A stretch of 64,000 bases of DNA from Nitrospirales bacterium (GTDB lineage Bacteria; Nitrospirota; Nitrospiria; Nitrospirales; UBA8639): positions 1,632,001 through 1,696,000 of the forward strand of contig OY820905.2 in the NCBI GenBank assembly GCA_963555755.3, in the 5' to 3' direction. The first letter of the stretch is position 1. The number at the start of each line of letters is the position of its first letter. Below, one piece after another: positions 20,900-31,299 of this stretch. The translations under genes were made by a program, and so were the position numbers. A model generated the notes under the pieces. That model was not told the origin of the DNA. It was given only the letters and a program-made list of their open reading frames with translations, and made no database searches.

Positions 20900-22183
20900 A
20901 TGAAGATAGCCCTCCTGTCATTTGAATATCCTGAAGAAACCGGGTTCGGCGGGATCGGTACCTATACCTGGTACCAGGCTCGCGCCTTAGTCAAGCTGGG
21001 GCACGAAGTGCATGTGTTGGCTGGGGCCACCGAGCCAACCGCACTTCGGATGGAAGCACATGATGGGGTTTTTGTGCACCGATATCGGAGCCATGGCTTC
21101 TTTCATCATTTTCCGACACTGCTGAATACGAGGAAATTGCTGAATAAAAACAAATTGGGGTGGACCAGTAATCGTGCAGAAAATGCCCTCAATATGTATC
21201 AGGCCTGGAAGGTGTTAGACCGTGAGCATCATTTTGATGTTGTGGAAATGCCGGAATGCGGGGCCGACGGTGCACTGATTAATCACATCACCTCGGCACG
21301 TACGATTATGAAGTTTCACTCACCGTCGCGCCTGATCATGCCACATTATGACGTGACGGCAACCGACATCGCGCTCTGTTCCTGGTTAGAGAAAATCGGG
21401 ATGTGGGGAGCCCAGGCATTTTCTTCTTGTTCGAAATTCCTTGCCGATGAAGCGCACAAGAAACTTGGGATTCGAGGTCCGATTCAGGTTATTCCCAATG
21501 GGATCGACCTGCAGTTATTCGACACGTCCGCGCGTGTGAATATTAGAAAGAAGTTCGGATTGTCCCCCACTCGGCTAATTATCTTTTTCTCAGGTCGAAT
21601 GGAACCTCGTAAGGGAATTCATCTGTGTAAGGATATTGCCACCTCAATTTTGGAACGATATGAGGTGGACTTTGTGTTTGCCGGACAGGACTTATTCAAT
21701 TACATGTCGGACACATTGCTTCCCTACCTCAAGGGGAGAACGTTGAAAGGGGCCGTGCATTACCTGGGAAAGCTTAACCTCACTGATGTTCGTTCCTTTC
21801 TCACTCAAGCTGATATTTTTCTCCTTCCAAGTCTTTGGGAGAACTGTCCTTATTCATGTCTTGAAGCCATGGCGTCTGGATGTGCCATTGTATGCTCGAA
21901 TCAGGGAGGCCTGCCTGAATTGATTCAGGACGGGCAGAATGGACTCCTCACGCCCAACGAACATGCCCCCTCATATATCGCCAATCTTGAACGATTGATT
22001 GAAGACCAACCCCTTCGTGAACGTTTAGGGGTGGCGGCCAGAAACACGATCGAGGACCGGTACACGGATATACATATTGCCCGCCAGTCTTTGGCGTATT
22101 ACGCAAAGGGTGTATGTCAGGGAATGCCTACCGCGGGAGAGGCCATCGGGACAGATCGTTTAGGAGAAAAGTGTGCAGAATAA
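20900..22183 (+). CDS. Glycosyltransferase family 4
   Basis: GGIGTY, IPNGID, GRMEPRKG, PSLWENCPYSCLEAMA motifs. Confidence 0.9.
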   Translation: MKIALLSFEYPEETGFGGIGTYTWYQARALVKLGHEVHVLAGATEPTALRMEAHDGVFVHRYRSHGFFHHFPTLLNTRKLLNKNKLGWTSNRAENALNMYQAWKVLDREHHFDVVEMPECGADGALINHITSARTIMKFHSPSRLIMPHYDVTATDIALCSWLEKIGMWGAQAFSSCSKFLADEAHKKLGIRGPIQVIPNGIDLQLFDTSARVNIRKKFGLSPTRLIIFFSGRMEPRKGIHLCKDIATSILERYEVDFVFAGQDLFNYMSDTLLPYLKGRTLKGAVHYLGKLNLTDVRSFLTQADIFLLPSLWENCPYSCLEAMASGCAIVCSNQGGLPELIQDGQNGLLTPNEHAPSYIANLERLIEDQPLRERLGVAARNTIEDRYTDIHIARQSLAYYAKGVCQGMPTAGEAIGTDRLGEKCAE

Positions 22184-22242
22184 TGTGGGGGCCATAGCTC
22201 GTTCAATCGTGAGCGAAGAACGAAGACTGAAAGGGTTTTGAA

Positions 22243-25200
22243 ATGGGCAGGCTGTTCATCGAAAAAGAAAATGTAATTCAGCTCGACAAAGAACAGTATG
22301 ACCTTTGGCGGAGCGATGACTTCTCTGGAAAGACTGTGTGCCATGCACCTTTTGTTTCCCTAGATGTTCGTGAATCTGGCGCGGTGCATGCATGCCCCTA
22401 TTCCGAGATGGATTTGGGCCACGTAGGTGGTCAGCCCCTTGAATCGATCTGGAATGGTCCAGGTTTTGGTGAAGTGCGTCACCGCTTTCGGGAATATCGT
22501 GTCAAGGTTGATGAATGTGGTGGTTGTGTCAATTCTTGGAAGGAGGGCGTACCAGGGAAAAGCCCGGCTCTCGTAGAGTTCGATAGCATAAAACCTGCTC
22601 GATGGGGATCTCCGTATGTTCCTCAAATTCTCAGACTCGATCTGCGCGCACCGCTTTCGGCAATGGATACCAAGACGGTGTTTCGATGGTTACCACGGCT
22701 CGCTCGGCTGGATTTGGGTATCTCCTGGCCTCTACCAACCGATTCACTTTTTCGGACACTCATAGATCGGGCGGCCACGCTTCCTGACGGCAAGCGTCCG
22801 AAGATCACATTACAGGTGTTCGAAAACATTCCAGAAGCCAATAACATTCCCCACGGGATTGCGGTCGTCAGACTCAACCTTGCCATGAATGATGAGGATC
22901 TTTCTTCTCATCAGGGTGAGGTATTGGAGGAGCTGGCCCGATCTCTTCAAGCTCGAGGTGCGGAGCTTGTCCTTGAGGTTTCCGTCCATCAGGGAAACTG
23001 GATTCATCTTCGATCCTGGCTCTTGCGCGCGCACACTCTCGGAATCACGCTTGTACCGTTGCTAGCTCCGACATCAGAGAACGCATCACTTGCCACCCTT
23101 GATGGTGATGCACTGGCTTGCCTCCACAGCATCTTTGAGCAGTGGCTGTCTGAACACCCACACGCCACCCAGCTAGGGTCAGCATCCCCAACAAGACATG
23201 CCATGCTTGATCAACTCCGACGGTGGCAGCATGAAGCTGCTGGGCGTCCTCCGCAGCGAACCGTTCTCTCCTTTCCTGGTCCTGACCATTCCATTGTTCA
23301 GGATGAAACAGCGTTGGAACCGTTTCTGGCCGGTTTACTCCGGATCTATTCTGACTTTTCCATCGAGCGTTGGCTGATGGGGCTCACTGAAAGTAAGGGA
23401 TTTGTCGCGAAGGCCCGGCGCCGGCGTTCGTTCCGTCTCGCGGCATGGTGGCTTGGCTGTGTGTTCGACCGTGCCGAGGTTCTTCCACTCCTAGGTCGGG
23501 TCTTTCGGACTCATGAGGAGGCTCGCCGCCTCATTGACAAAGATCGGAACGCTCTGGCTGGTACGATTTGGGAAAGTTGGTTCGATGGCTGGACGAGGCA
23601 GCTATACCTTAATTCCCTGCAGCCGCGGGGACGACGCTTTGATGTTGGCGCACCCCGGCGAGAAACTGCGGAAGAAACTGCTCAGATCACCGTGATCATG
23701 GCCTCCTACAATCACCAGGCCTTTATCGGGAAGGCAATCCGTAGTGTCCTGGCCCAGACACGAACCGACTTTCGTCTACTTATAGTCGACGATGCATCAG
23801 TGGATGAAACAGTTAAACAGGCTGAAAAAATCCAGGATCCTCGAATCCTCATTCGTCGAAACTCGAAAAACCTAAGACACGGCCCAAACTTGGCACGGGC
23901 ATTGGAGAACGTCGAAACAGAATATGTGGCCTTCATGGACGCCGATGACCTCTTCCATCCAAAACGTTTAGAACACTGTCTTTCCGCCTTGGAAGAAACT
24001 CCTCGAGGAGCTCTGGTCGCGACGGGCTTGGCTGTAGTCGACAAGGAAGGCCGGTTCTGCTCAACAGCCGACTCCTCCCCAGTCTTTGAGGGTTTGAAGA
24101 ATTATAATTGGTTGCGTTTCTATGAAGAGCAGGCCCGCCTGACCAAAACTCCTGCCGATTTTCTGGGAAACCTCTTGGAAGGGAATTCGCTAATTACGAC
24201 TTCAAATCTCGTGGCACGTACGGAGTTTCTCAGGCGCCACCAAAGTCAGTGGCAGCGTCTCGAGTTCTGCGTAGACTGGCAGCTTTTTTTGGCTGCGGCC
24301 TTAGAAAACAGATTGTGCTATGTGCCAGAAACCTTGTTGGGATACAGGCTCCACCCATCCAATTTTAAGTGGACCCACTGTTTCGATAAGGGGTCCAACT
24401 GGCACTACTACTTGGAGTACAACCAGGTTGTCGCAAGGACACTGGGTCATCTACTCCAAAGGTCCGACGGGTCGGATGCCAAGGGATTCACCACTGTTTT
24501 GAGTGCCCTGACTGACCACTTGAACTCAAACACGTCCATGGATTGGCCTGGGGTGGTATTAGGGTTCCTGTTGGAACGTTTGGGCTTGTCACCCCGTGAC
24601 CTAAAAAGCGATTCAGTGGCCGACCGTGTCCAAGCACTGATTCAAGCCCGAGACTTTCGTTTGCAGACAAGGTTTTGGCCCCCAGATTACGTGGACGATA
24701 TCGCGGAGCAGTACCGGATGCGAGGAGAAGCACCGTTCCTCCGTTCCCTACGGAACAAGTATGAAGGGCTTCAGAACAGTCATGACCGACTTCAAGGCGA
24801 GGTCACAGGACTGCTGTTTGATCGTGCCAATGCTAAAAAATGGTGGCGCAAGGCCGAGCAGGAGCGTGACCAGGCCCTGGCAATACAGCAAGACCTGCAG
24901 CACCAACTCGGAGGACTGCAGGGGGAGCACGACCAGGCCCTTACGAAACAACAGGGCTTGTCTTGCCAAATTGGGGAACTGCAAGGAGAGATCGAGAAGG
25001 TCCGTGCCTCATGGAAATGCGTGGAGAATGAGCGGGATCAAGCCATACATGACAAGGGCGAACTCTTTCAAGAAATTGGCCTGTCCAAGAAGAAACTCGA
25101 CTGTGTGCATACGCAGTTAGAAGAACGTACCACCGAACGCAATGCCTTATTACATTCCCTGGAATATCGAGGCGGGCAACTCTTGATCCAAGGGTTCCAT

Positions 25201-26637
25201 TGCCGTCCATTGATTCGAGGGGTTGAGTGGATGACCGTGAAGATTCAACGGCATCTGGCTTTCTTGGGCTTAACCCTCGCACGATGGTCATCAGGATGGC
25301 GTCAGGAGAGCTCTAGGGTGTTGGCGACAGTGTGTGCGGCCTTTCCTATTTATTCGCAGACTTTTGTGCATCAGGAACTTTCACAGTTAGCGAAACGTGG
25401 GTTTCAGATACGGCTGATCTATTCATCCCTGCAGTCCAGGGGAAATCTTCATCACCAATTCGACTCTCTCTGGAAACATAAAAGCCGTCTTTCAATATAT
25501 GACAAAATCCATGAACAAGATTTTGACCGATTTCGAAATCAGTTTCCTGAGAAGGTTGAACGACTCATTCATATGGTCGGTGATTCATCCGGTGTCACCC
25601 GAGAGAAATTAATTCGACATCCACATTTCTTGCAGGCCTTTTCGTTTACGCGAATGGCTGAGGTGTACCGTCCTCACTACTTGCATTCGTATTTCTTTTA
25701 TGACCGGTCCTTTATGGCTCTCGTGGCTGGCTATATACTCGATATTCCGCGAGGCATCAGTTGTTATGCCGATCATGTCCTGGATGACTACAAACTCAAG
25801 GTGGTGCCGCTGCACCTTGAATTGTGTGATACGGTGATTGCCACATCTGAACGCATCAAAGCTGAACTCCTTGCGATGGCCCCAAAGACCGATCCGACAC
25901 GTATTGTGGTGAAACCTAATGCCATTGATACGACATGGTTTCCCAGGATTGAATGCCGTGAACCACAAACTGATGAGCCATTCCGGCTCGTATGTGTAAA
26001 TCGAATCGAACCCAAGAAGGGGTTGCTCTATCTCGTCGAAGCTATCCACTCTCTCCGTCAGCGAGGACATCATGTCGAGTTGCATGTGATCGGCACGGCA
26101 GATACAGGGATTCAATCCAGCCAAGATTATAAACACAAGTTAGATGAATGCATCTCTGATTATAATTTGTGGGGTGTGGTTCATCTAGAGGGGCAACAAA
26201 ATCAGGAAGGTGTTCTTCGATTTCTCAACATGTCTCAGGTATTTATTGCCCCATTTATTGAAACAGACTACGGAGATAAAGATGGGATCCCCACAGCCCT
26301 GTTGGAAGCCATGGCCACCGGGTTGCCGGTCGTGGCTACCGATGCAGGTTCCATGGGGGAAGTGATCCAACATGATCGAGAAGGAGACGTCGTTCCACAA
26401 CGTGATAGTCAGGCCCTCGCCGATTCTATTGCACGACTTCTTACTGATCCACAGCGCAGGAAGAAATTGGGACAGGCAGCCGCGGATACTGTGCGGCAGC
26501 GTTTTGATGTGAGCGTATGCGAACACCGCTTTCATGATCGTGTTTTGTCGGTCATTGAATCCAGAGGTCCTAATGGAATGTCGCGGCAATCCCCTGGTTT
26601 CGATTTCCTGCCGAGGTGGATCTCTCGAGTGTCCTAG
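22243..26637 (+). CDS. Multidomain protein: SPASM-like Cys domain + degenerate barrel + GT2 + coiled coil + WcaL-like GT4
   Basis: CHAPF..GAVHACPY..IWNG..CGGC; TVIMASYN, DDASVD, FMDADD; heptad-rich segment at about aa 840-970; PKKG and DGIPTALLEAMA. Confidence 0.8.
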   Translation: MGRLFIEKENVIQLDKEQYDLWRSDDFSGKTVCHAPFVSLDVRESGAVHACPYSEMDLGHVGGQPLESIWNGPGFGEVRHRFREYRVKVDECGGCVNSWKEGVPGKSPALVEFDSIKPARWGSPYVPQILRLDLRAPLSAMDTKTVFRWLPRLARLDLGISWPLPTDSLFRTLIDRAATLPDGKRPKITLQVFENIPEANNIPHGIAVVRLNLAMNDEDLSSHQGEVLEELARSLQARGAELVLEVSVHQGNWIHLRSWLLRAHTLGITLVPLLAPTSENASLATLDGDALACLHSIFEQWLSEHPHATQLGSASPTRHAMLDQLRRWQHEAAGRPPQRTVLSFPGPDHSIVQDETALEPFLAGLLRIYSDFSIERWLMGLTESKGFVAKARRRRSFRLAAWWLGCVFDRAEVLPLLGRVFRTHEEARRLIDKDRNALAGTIWESWFDGWTRQLYLNSLQPRGRRFDVGAPRRETAEETAQITVIMASYNHQAFIGKAIRSVLAQTRTDFRLLIVDDASVDETVKQAEKIQDPRILIRRNSKNLRHGPNLARALENVETEYVAFMDADDLFHPKRLEHCLSALEETPRGALVATGLAVVDKEGRFCSTADSSPVFEGLKNYNWLRFYEEQARLTKTPADFLGNLLEGNSLITTSNLVARTEFLRRHQSQWQRLEFCVDWQLFLAAALENRLCYVPETLLGYRLHPSNFKWTHCFDKGSNWHYYLEYNQVVARTLGHLLQRSDGSDAKGFTTVLSALTDHLNSNTSMDWPGVVLGFLLERLGLSPRDLKSDSVADRVQALIQARDFRLQTRFWPPDYVDDIAEQYRMRGEAPFLRSLRNKYEGLQNSHDRLQGEVTGLLFDRANAKKWWRKAEQERDQALAIQQDLQHQLGGLQGEHDQALTKQQGLSCQIGELQGEIEKVRASWKCVENERDQAIHDKGELFQEIGLSKKKLDCVHTQLEERTTERNALLHSLEYRGGQLLIQGFHCRPLIRGVEWMTVKIQRHLAFLGLTLARWSSGWRQESSRVLATVCAAFPIYSQTFVHQELSQLAKRGFQIRLIYSSLQSRGNLHHQFDSLWKHKSRLSIYDKIHEQDFDRFRNQFPEKVERLIHMVGDSSGVTREKLIRHPHFLQAFSFTRMAEVYRPHYLHSYFFYDRSFMALVAGYILDIPRGISCYADHVLDDYKLKVVPLHLELCDTVIATSERIKAELLAMAPKTDPTRIVVKPNAIDTTWFPRIECREPQTDEPFRLVCVNRIEPKKGLLYLVEAIHSLRQRGHHVELHVIGTADTGIQSSQDYKHKLDECISDYNLWGVVHLEGQQNQEGVLRFLNMSQVFIAPFIETDYGDKDGIPTALLEAMATGLPVVATDAGSMGEVIQHDREGDVVPQRDSQALADSIARLLTDPQRRKKLGQAAADTVRQRFDVSVCEHRFHDRVLSVIESRGPNGMSRQSPGFDFLPRWISRVS

Positions 26638-27461
26638 CCATGATGCACGCCGTTACGGAAACCCTATCTCATCCTTCGAAGACATTCCAAGGACTCCAGA
26701 AACCTGCCCTTGAGTGTCGGAATGTTGTGAAGGAGTATTTTTTATATCAGCAACGAACCACCTCTCTTCGCGAGTGGGTCATTCGAACCCTGTTGCGTCA
26801 TCCAATCCCTGCCGGGCAGTCGTTTTTTACGCTCACGAATTTCAATATGACAGTGTCCAAGGGTGAAAGTGTGGCGCTCATTGGGGATAACGGGTCGGGA
26901 AAAAGTACGGCTTTGCGCCTCATGGCTGGCATCTATCAACCGACGAGCGGATCCATTCACACGTTTGGACGGGTTGGTGTTGTCATGGAACTGGGTGCAG
27001 GCTTTCATATGGAACTCACCGGGGCAGAAAACGTGGAAATTTATGCGGTCTTAATGGGGCTGACTCGAGACCAGTTCGCCTTTCGCTTTCAAGATATCAT
27101 CGAATTCTCGGAACTGAGGGATTACGTGAACATTCCGGTGAAATATTATTCCTCAGGCATGCAGGCTCGATTAGCGTTTTCAGTCGCCATCTGTATCACT
27201 CCAGAAATTTTATTATTGGACGAAGTCTTAGCGGTTGGAGATCAAGGTTTCAGAGAAAAGTGTCTGGATCGTTTGCGAACCTATCATTCAGAAGGTGGAA
27301 CGTTGGTCATCGCCTCCCACAGCTTTGAAATAATTAGGGAGTTATGTTCAAGGGCCGTGTGGCTGGAACAGGGCGTGATCCAAATGGATGGGGAGATTAA
27401 CGAGGTACTTGATGTCTATCAATCGGCAAGCAAGTCACGGATACTGGCCGGCAAAATATAG
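26616..27461 (+). CDS. wzt: Polysaccharide ABC exporter ATPase (Wzt/RfbB-like), no C-terminal carbohydrate-binding domain
   Basis: GDNGSGKST, YSSGMQARLAF, LLLDEVLAVGD motifs. Confidence 0.9.
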   Translation: MDLSSVLAMMHAVTETLSHPSKTFQGLQKPALECRNVVKEYFLYQQRTTSLREWVIRTLLRHPIPAGQSFFTLTNFNMTVSKGESVALIGDNGSGKSTALRLMAGIYQPTSGSIHTFGRVGVVMELGAGFHMELTGAENVEIYAVLMGLTRDQFAFRFQDIIEFSELRDYVNIPVKYYSSGMQARLAFSVAICITPEILLLDEVLAVGDQGFREKCLDRLRTYHSEGGTLVIASHSFEIIRELCSRAVWLEQGVIQMDGEINEVLDVYQSASKSRILAGKI

Positions 27462-27494
27462 GAACAATCGAAAGGTTAAGGATGGTGTGAGACA

Positions 27495-28910
27495 TTGGTG
27501 CAGGGGTTTGCCCCCCAAGATGTTGGAGTTGTATTCCCCATGAACATTCTTCAAGTGATCCACTCGTTCCCTCCCCATAGTCTTGGAGGGTCAGAAATTT
27601 ATACCTACAACCTGTCACGAGAATTGGCGAAGTCTCACGAGATCATGGTTTTTCATGCCATCAACGATCCGAAGGCCGAAGAATATGACATAAAGGTTGG
27701 TTCATGCGATGGCTTCAAAGTTTCGACTATTAACAATACTTTTAAACAGTGCACGTCGTTTGAAACACATTATCGCAATGAGATGATTGCCAAAAAATTT
27801 GGTGAACTACTCGACGAAGTCACCCCCGATATCGTGCACATCGGGCATCTCATTGACCTTTCTGTCACGTTGGTGGACGAAGCAAAGAAGAGAAGCATCC
27901 CTGTCGTATTGACGTTGCATGATTTTTGGTTGTTCTGTCCACTCGGACGACTCCTCAAGGCCGATCTCACGTTGTGCCAGGGACCTCAAATGTCAAAATG
28001 TGCCAAGTGCCTAGCCCCTCAATTGTCTACGACCAAAGGGTTAAGACGTTTGTATCAAGGTATTCAAAAGGTTATTCCAAATTTTAATGAGAGAATAGGG
28101 ATTCGGAAGATTCTGAGTGTGTTGTATCGTCAATATGCCAAAGTCAAAGCTGCTCAAAATAACAATAACTCCGCTCATATTGAAAACAGAGCCTTGGAAA
28201 TCAAGCGAATTTGCTCCTTAGTTGATGTCTTTATTGCTCCGTCAAGGTTTTTGCTGGAGAAATTTGTCGAGTTCGGGATTCCGAAACAGAAACTGGTTTA
28301 TTGTGATTATGGGTTTGATACCTTGCCCTTTAAAGGTGTACCCAAAAAGCACTCGAGGAAAATCCGATTTGGGTATATTGGAACCCTTATTCCTTCCAAA
28401 GGTCTTCATGTTCTCATGGAAGCCTTTCATGCCATTCACGATGAAGATGTCGAGCTTCGTATTCATGGATATTACTCATCCTTCCATCTTGGCTTTGAAG
28501 ACTATCCCAATTCCCTTCGTGCCATGTCCTCAAAACATAATGTGTACTGGGGTGGGAAGTACGACAATACCGATGTGGCCAAATTATTGTCTGAGATCGA
28601 TGTCTTGGTGGTTCCCTCGATTTGGTATGAGAATTCGCCGTTAACGATTCATGAAGCGTTTTTGGCAGGAGTCCCTGTCATTACCTCAAATATCGGTGGT
28701 ATGGCAGAACTAGTGGAAGATGGAGTGAATGGTCTTCATTTTCAGATGGGGAGTGCAGGGGATCTGGCCAGGCAATTACAGCGAGTGATTGATGACCCTG
28801 GACTTCTCACCAAGCTAAGACCGAATGGATCATCGGTGACGTCAATTGAAAGCCATGCGCTGAAAATCGAAACAATCTATAGAGGAGTGAATTGCAGGGA
28901 AACCGTTTAG
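27495..28910 (+). CDS. Glycosyltransferase family 4 (start probably 27540)
   Basis: GGSEIY, TLHDFW, PSKG, PSIWYENSPL..EA motifs. Confidence 0.88.
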   Translation: MVQGFAPQDVGVVFPMNILQVIHSFPPHSLGGSEIYTYNLSRELAKSHEIMVFHAINDPKAEEYDIKVGSCDGFKVSTINNTFKQCTSFETHYRNEMIAKKFGELLDEVTPDIVHIGHLIDLSVTLVDEAKKRSIPVVLTLHDFWLFCPLGRLLKADLTLCQGPQMSKCAKCLAPQLSTTKGLRRLYQGIQKVIPNFNERIGIRKILSVLYRQYAKVKAAQNNNNSAHIENRALEIKRICSLVDVFIAPSRFLLEKFVEFGIPKQKLVYCDYGFDTLPFKGVPKKHSRKIRFGYIGTLIPSKGLHVLMEAFHAIHDEDVELRIHGYYSSFHLGFEDYPNSLRAMSSKHNVYWGGKYDNTDVAKLLSEIDVLVVPSIWYENSPLTIHEAFLAGVPVITSNIGGMAELVEDGVNGLHFQMGSAGDLARQLQRVIDDPGLLTKLRPNGSSVTSIESHALKIETIYRGVNCRETV

Positions 28911-28941
28911 TTTGAATCTTGCCATTAAAATGAACAAGCGG

Positions 28942-29736
28942 CTACGTACAGGCAGTTCTTGCCACAATTTTTTGCCCAGATAAACCACGTAAAGAGGCGG
29001 ACCGTGAGCTCAAGATAATCGTTTTGTTCGCGGACCAATAGCAGTTGGAGAGGAGGTTGGGGTTGGAGCCACTCTCGAACAGGGCGGTGCATATCTGGTA
29101 CTCGCCTGCGATTTGAAAAACATCCACTGGTTCCGCGAGAATCTTCACCGCCTGAGGAGCTTGATCTTCGCTGAACTCGATGTCAGACCTGAAGGGCACT
29201 GCATATTCCTCAAAGTTCGGAAGAAAATAGATCACGTCATCGGGACTGCGGATGCCGACGAAAAGATCAGCGACCATGGGTTCGCCCTTGTAATGGAAAT
29301 CCAAGTTCACTTCCAGTATGTCGCCGGGCTGCACCACTTTGCGGTTCACCCGAAGCTCGCTCCGCTGCAGTTGTTCCCTTGCCTGGGAATGGGGGTCATG
29401 GGTCCCGGTCGCCTTGAAACTATTTGGACCCTTCATGCGATCGAGGATAAAGTGCTGATCGTCATCACGATAGATGGGGCACCTTGTAGACTGGCACTCT
29501 GGCGGTAGGCGTTGCTCGCTCAGGGCTTGCCGGATCCTCTGCATAATCGGCCCATTCCAGATTTGCTCAAAGGATTCCTCGTTGACACTACCTACCACCG
29601 CACTTGAGAAGCAGCAGAAATTTACGCTGGCATCGGAAAGGATTACTGAGGTGCCCTGCCAGGGTACGTCACATAAGGATTGCCGCAGTTGCGTCGCTAT
29701 CCATAGAACTTGGTTTGGGTTCCCCGCAGCAGTCAT
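28942..29736 (-). CDS. Stand-alone SPASM-domain protein with C-terminal beta-rich domain
   Basis: CDVPW...FCC...GSV...EQIWNG...RIR...PPECQSTRC. Confidence 0.7.
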   Translation of the reverse strand: MTAAGNPNQVLWIATQLRQSLCDVPWQGTSVILSDASVNFCCFSSAVVGSVNEESFEQIWNGPIMQRIRQALSEQRLPPECQSTRCPIYRDDDQHFILDRMKGPNSFKATGTHDPHSQAREQLQRSELRVNRKVVQPGDILEVNLDFHYKGEPMVADLFVGIRSPDDVIYFLPNFEEYAVPFRSDIEFSEDQAPQAVKILAEPVDVFQIAGEYQICTALFESGSNPNLLSNCYWSANKTIILSSRSASLRGLSGQKIVARTACT

Positions 29737-29783
29737 AAAATCTCCCCCTCCGTAAGTGTTAAACCCTCGTACTTCTATCTAGG

Positions 29784-30713
29784 CTATTTGTGAGCGGTCT
29801 TATATTTTCCAGAGAAAATTGAGAGAATTCGTGGCGCCCATTTAGGATTCTCACATTTAGTACCGGAGTTTTGCACTGACCGCTCTTCCTGGAGCTCCGC
29901 CTCTGTAGGGGGGCCAGGTAACTCGATATTTAGTCCCAAAACCTCCGCTGCCTGGCGGGTCCGCTCGCGCTCACGATTGTATTCCGTACCGAATTTTCTG
30001 GTGCACTCTTCACGGTAATCGAAGATGCCACCAGTTTTCGTCTCGACCTGCCAGTCGAGCCAGTCCCCCTCGTGTAGGTGATAGTATCTGACGCCATCCA
30101 CTTTTAATGCCTTCGCCAAATACATCAGTGGCATCATGTCCTGTACGCTACTCTTGGTAATCACGAAGGAGAGGGTGATCTGGGTCCTATCACGCCGTGC
30201 CTCAAACCGGTCGACGTAGGTTTTAATGTTGCGGACGATGGGCCAGAAGTGCTTGCCGCGGATCCTCAAGAAGGTTTCAGGAGTGGCAGCATCTATGGAA
30301 AAGTTAATCGAAAGATAATTAGGGTAGTTCGCCAAGGCATCGAGATATTTCGGCGTACAGACTGAGCCGTTAGTGTTAAGGGACAGTCCTACCCCAGCCT
30401 CCGCACATCGGCTGACGATATCAAAGAACTCCGGGTCGATCATGAACTCGCTGATGCCATGAAACGCGAGCGCCTCGGATCTTGGGATCAACTCCAGCAA
30501 TTTTTTCCAGGTATCCCCTTCGTTCTTGGTCCTGGGAATCTGGTTGCCAACCCGATGATCGATGCAGTAGACGCACCGAAAGTTACAAATGTTTGATCTT
30601 GCGATCTGCAAGTTTGGAGGGATAGATTTGACGTTGGCAATGCCGTGGGCGAGCTCCCATTGCGCCTGATACCTATTCTTCTGATTAAGTTTGAGTTTGT
30701 GAACTGACATCAA
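29784..30713 (-). CDS. Radical SAM protein lacking its own SPASM domain
   Basis: CNFRCVYC (CxxxCxxC), NTNG, SIDA..ETF..IRG motifs. Confidence 0.85.
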   Translation of the reverse strand: MMSVHKLKLNQKNRYQAQWELAHGIANVKSIPPNLQIARSNICNFRCVYCIDHRVGNQIPRTKNEGDTWKKLLELIPRSEALAFHGISEFMIDPEFFDIVSRCAEAGVGLSLNTNGSVCTPKYLDALANYPNYLSINFSIDAATPETFLRIRGKHFWPIVRNIKTYVDRFEARRDRTQITLSFVITKSSVQDMMPLMYLAKALKVDGVRYYHLHEGDWLDWQVETKTGGIFDYREECTRKFGTEYNRERERTRQAAEVLGLNIELPGPPTEAELQEERSVQNSGTKCENPKWAPRILSIFSGKYKTAHK

Positions 30714-30907
30714 GTCTTCCTCCGCCGGTTCGAACGTTTGTCAAAACCTTGAGTGTGCCACAAGGCTGATGGTGTATCGTTACATCACAAAGGATGTTGA
30801 AGCAGGGTGAGACGAACGGAGCGTCGTATCTGGACCGAAATGTTTTGTTGGTAAATTCCCGCATGTCATCGAAAGCATTGCGAACAGATTCTTTCTATTG
30901 AGATAGA

Positions 30908-31112
30908 TGCAAAACCCATGCCACCGGCTTTCTCTCATGGCAATAGAAAAGAACACCAAAAACTATTCATATTAGGCTTGGGTTGGAAGAAGGCCAATCC
31001 AATTCAACCCATGGAACAGTCGGAGGGCTTAGAATCTTTTTCGTTGAGAATTTTGACAAAGTGTCGAGATTTCGACAGGAGACAGTCTAGCAGAGGGTTG
31101 CCACTGGAAATG
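30908..31112 (-). promoter_or_regulatory. sigma54 promoter (TGGCATGGGTTTTGCA, 30923-30908) with tandem enhancer-like boxes (31077-31042)
   Basis: Near-consensus -24/-12 facing the radical SAM gene; homologous to 20541-20666. Confidence 0.75.
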
Positions 31113-31299
31113 GGGAAAAAGAACCCTTTTGGGGCAACCAGGCAATTATCGAAGGAGCAGCTCATCGTCAAGATCCCCAGCTCATGTCCCTATGGAATAA
31201 AACGCCCATTCCCATATTCAAGAAAGAGCAATCCATGTCAAATACATGTCCTCCTTAGTTGAAATTTATGTTAATTTTATTCTCAGTGGAGTTTGAACA

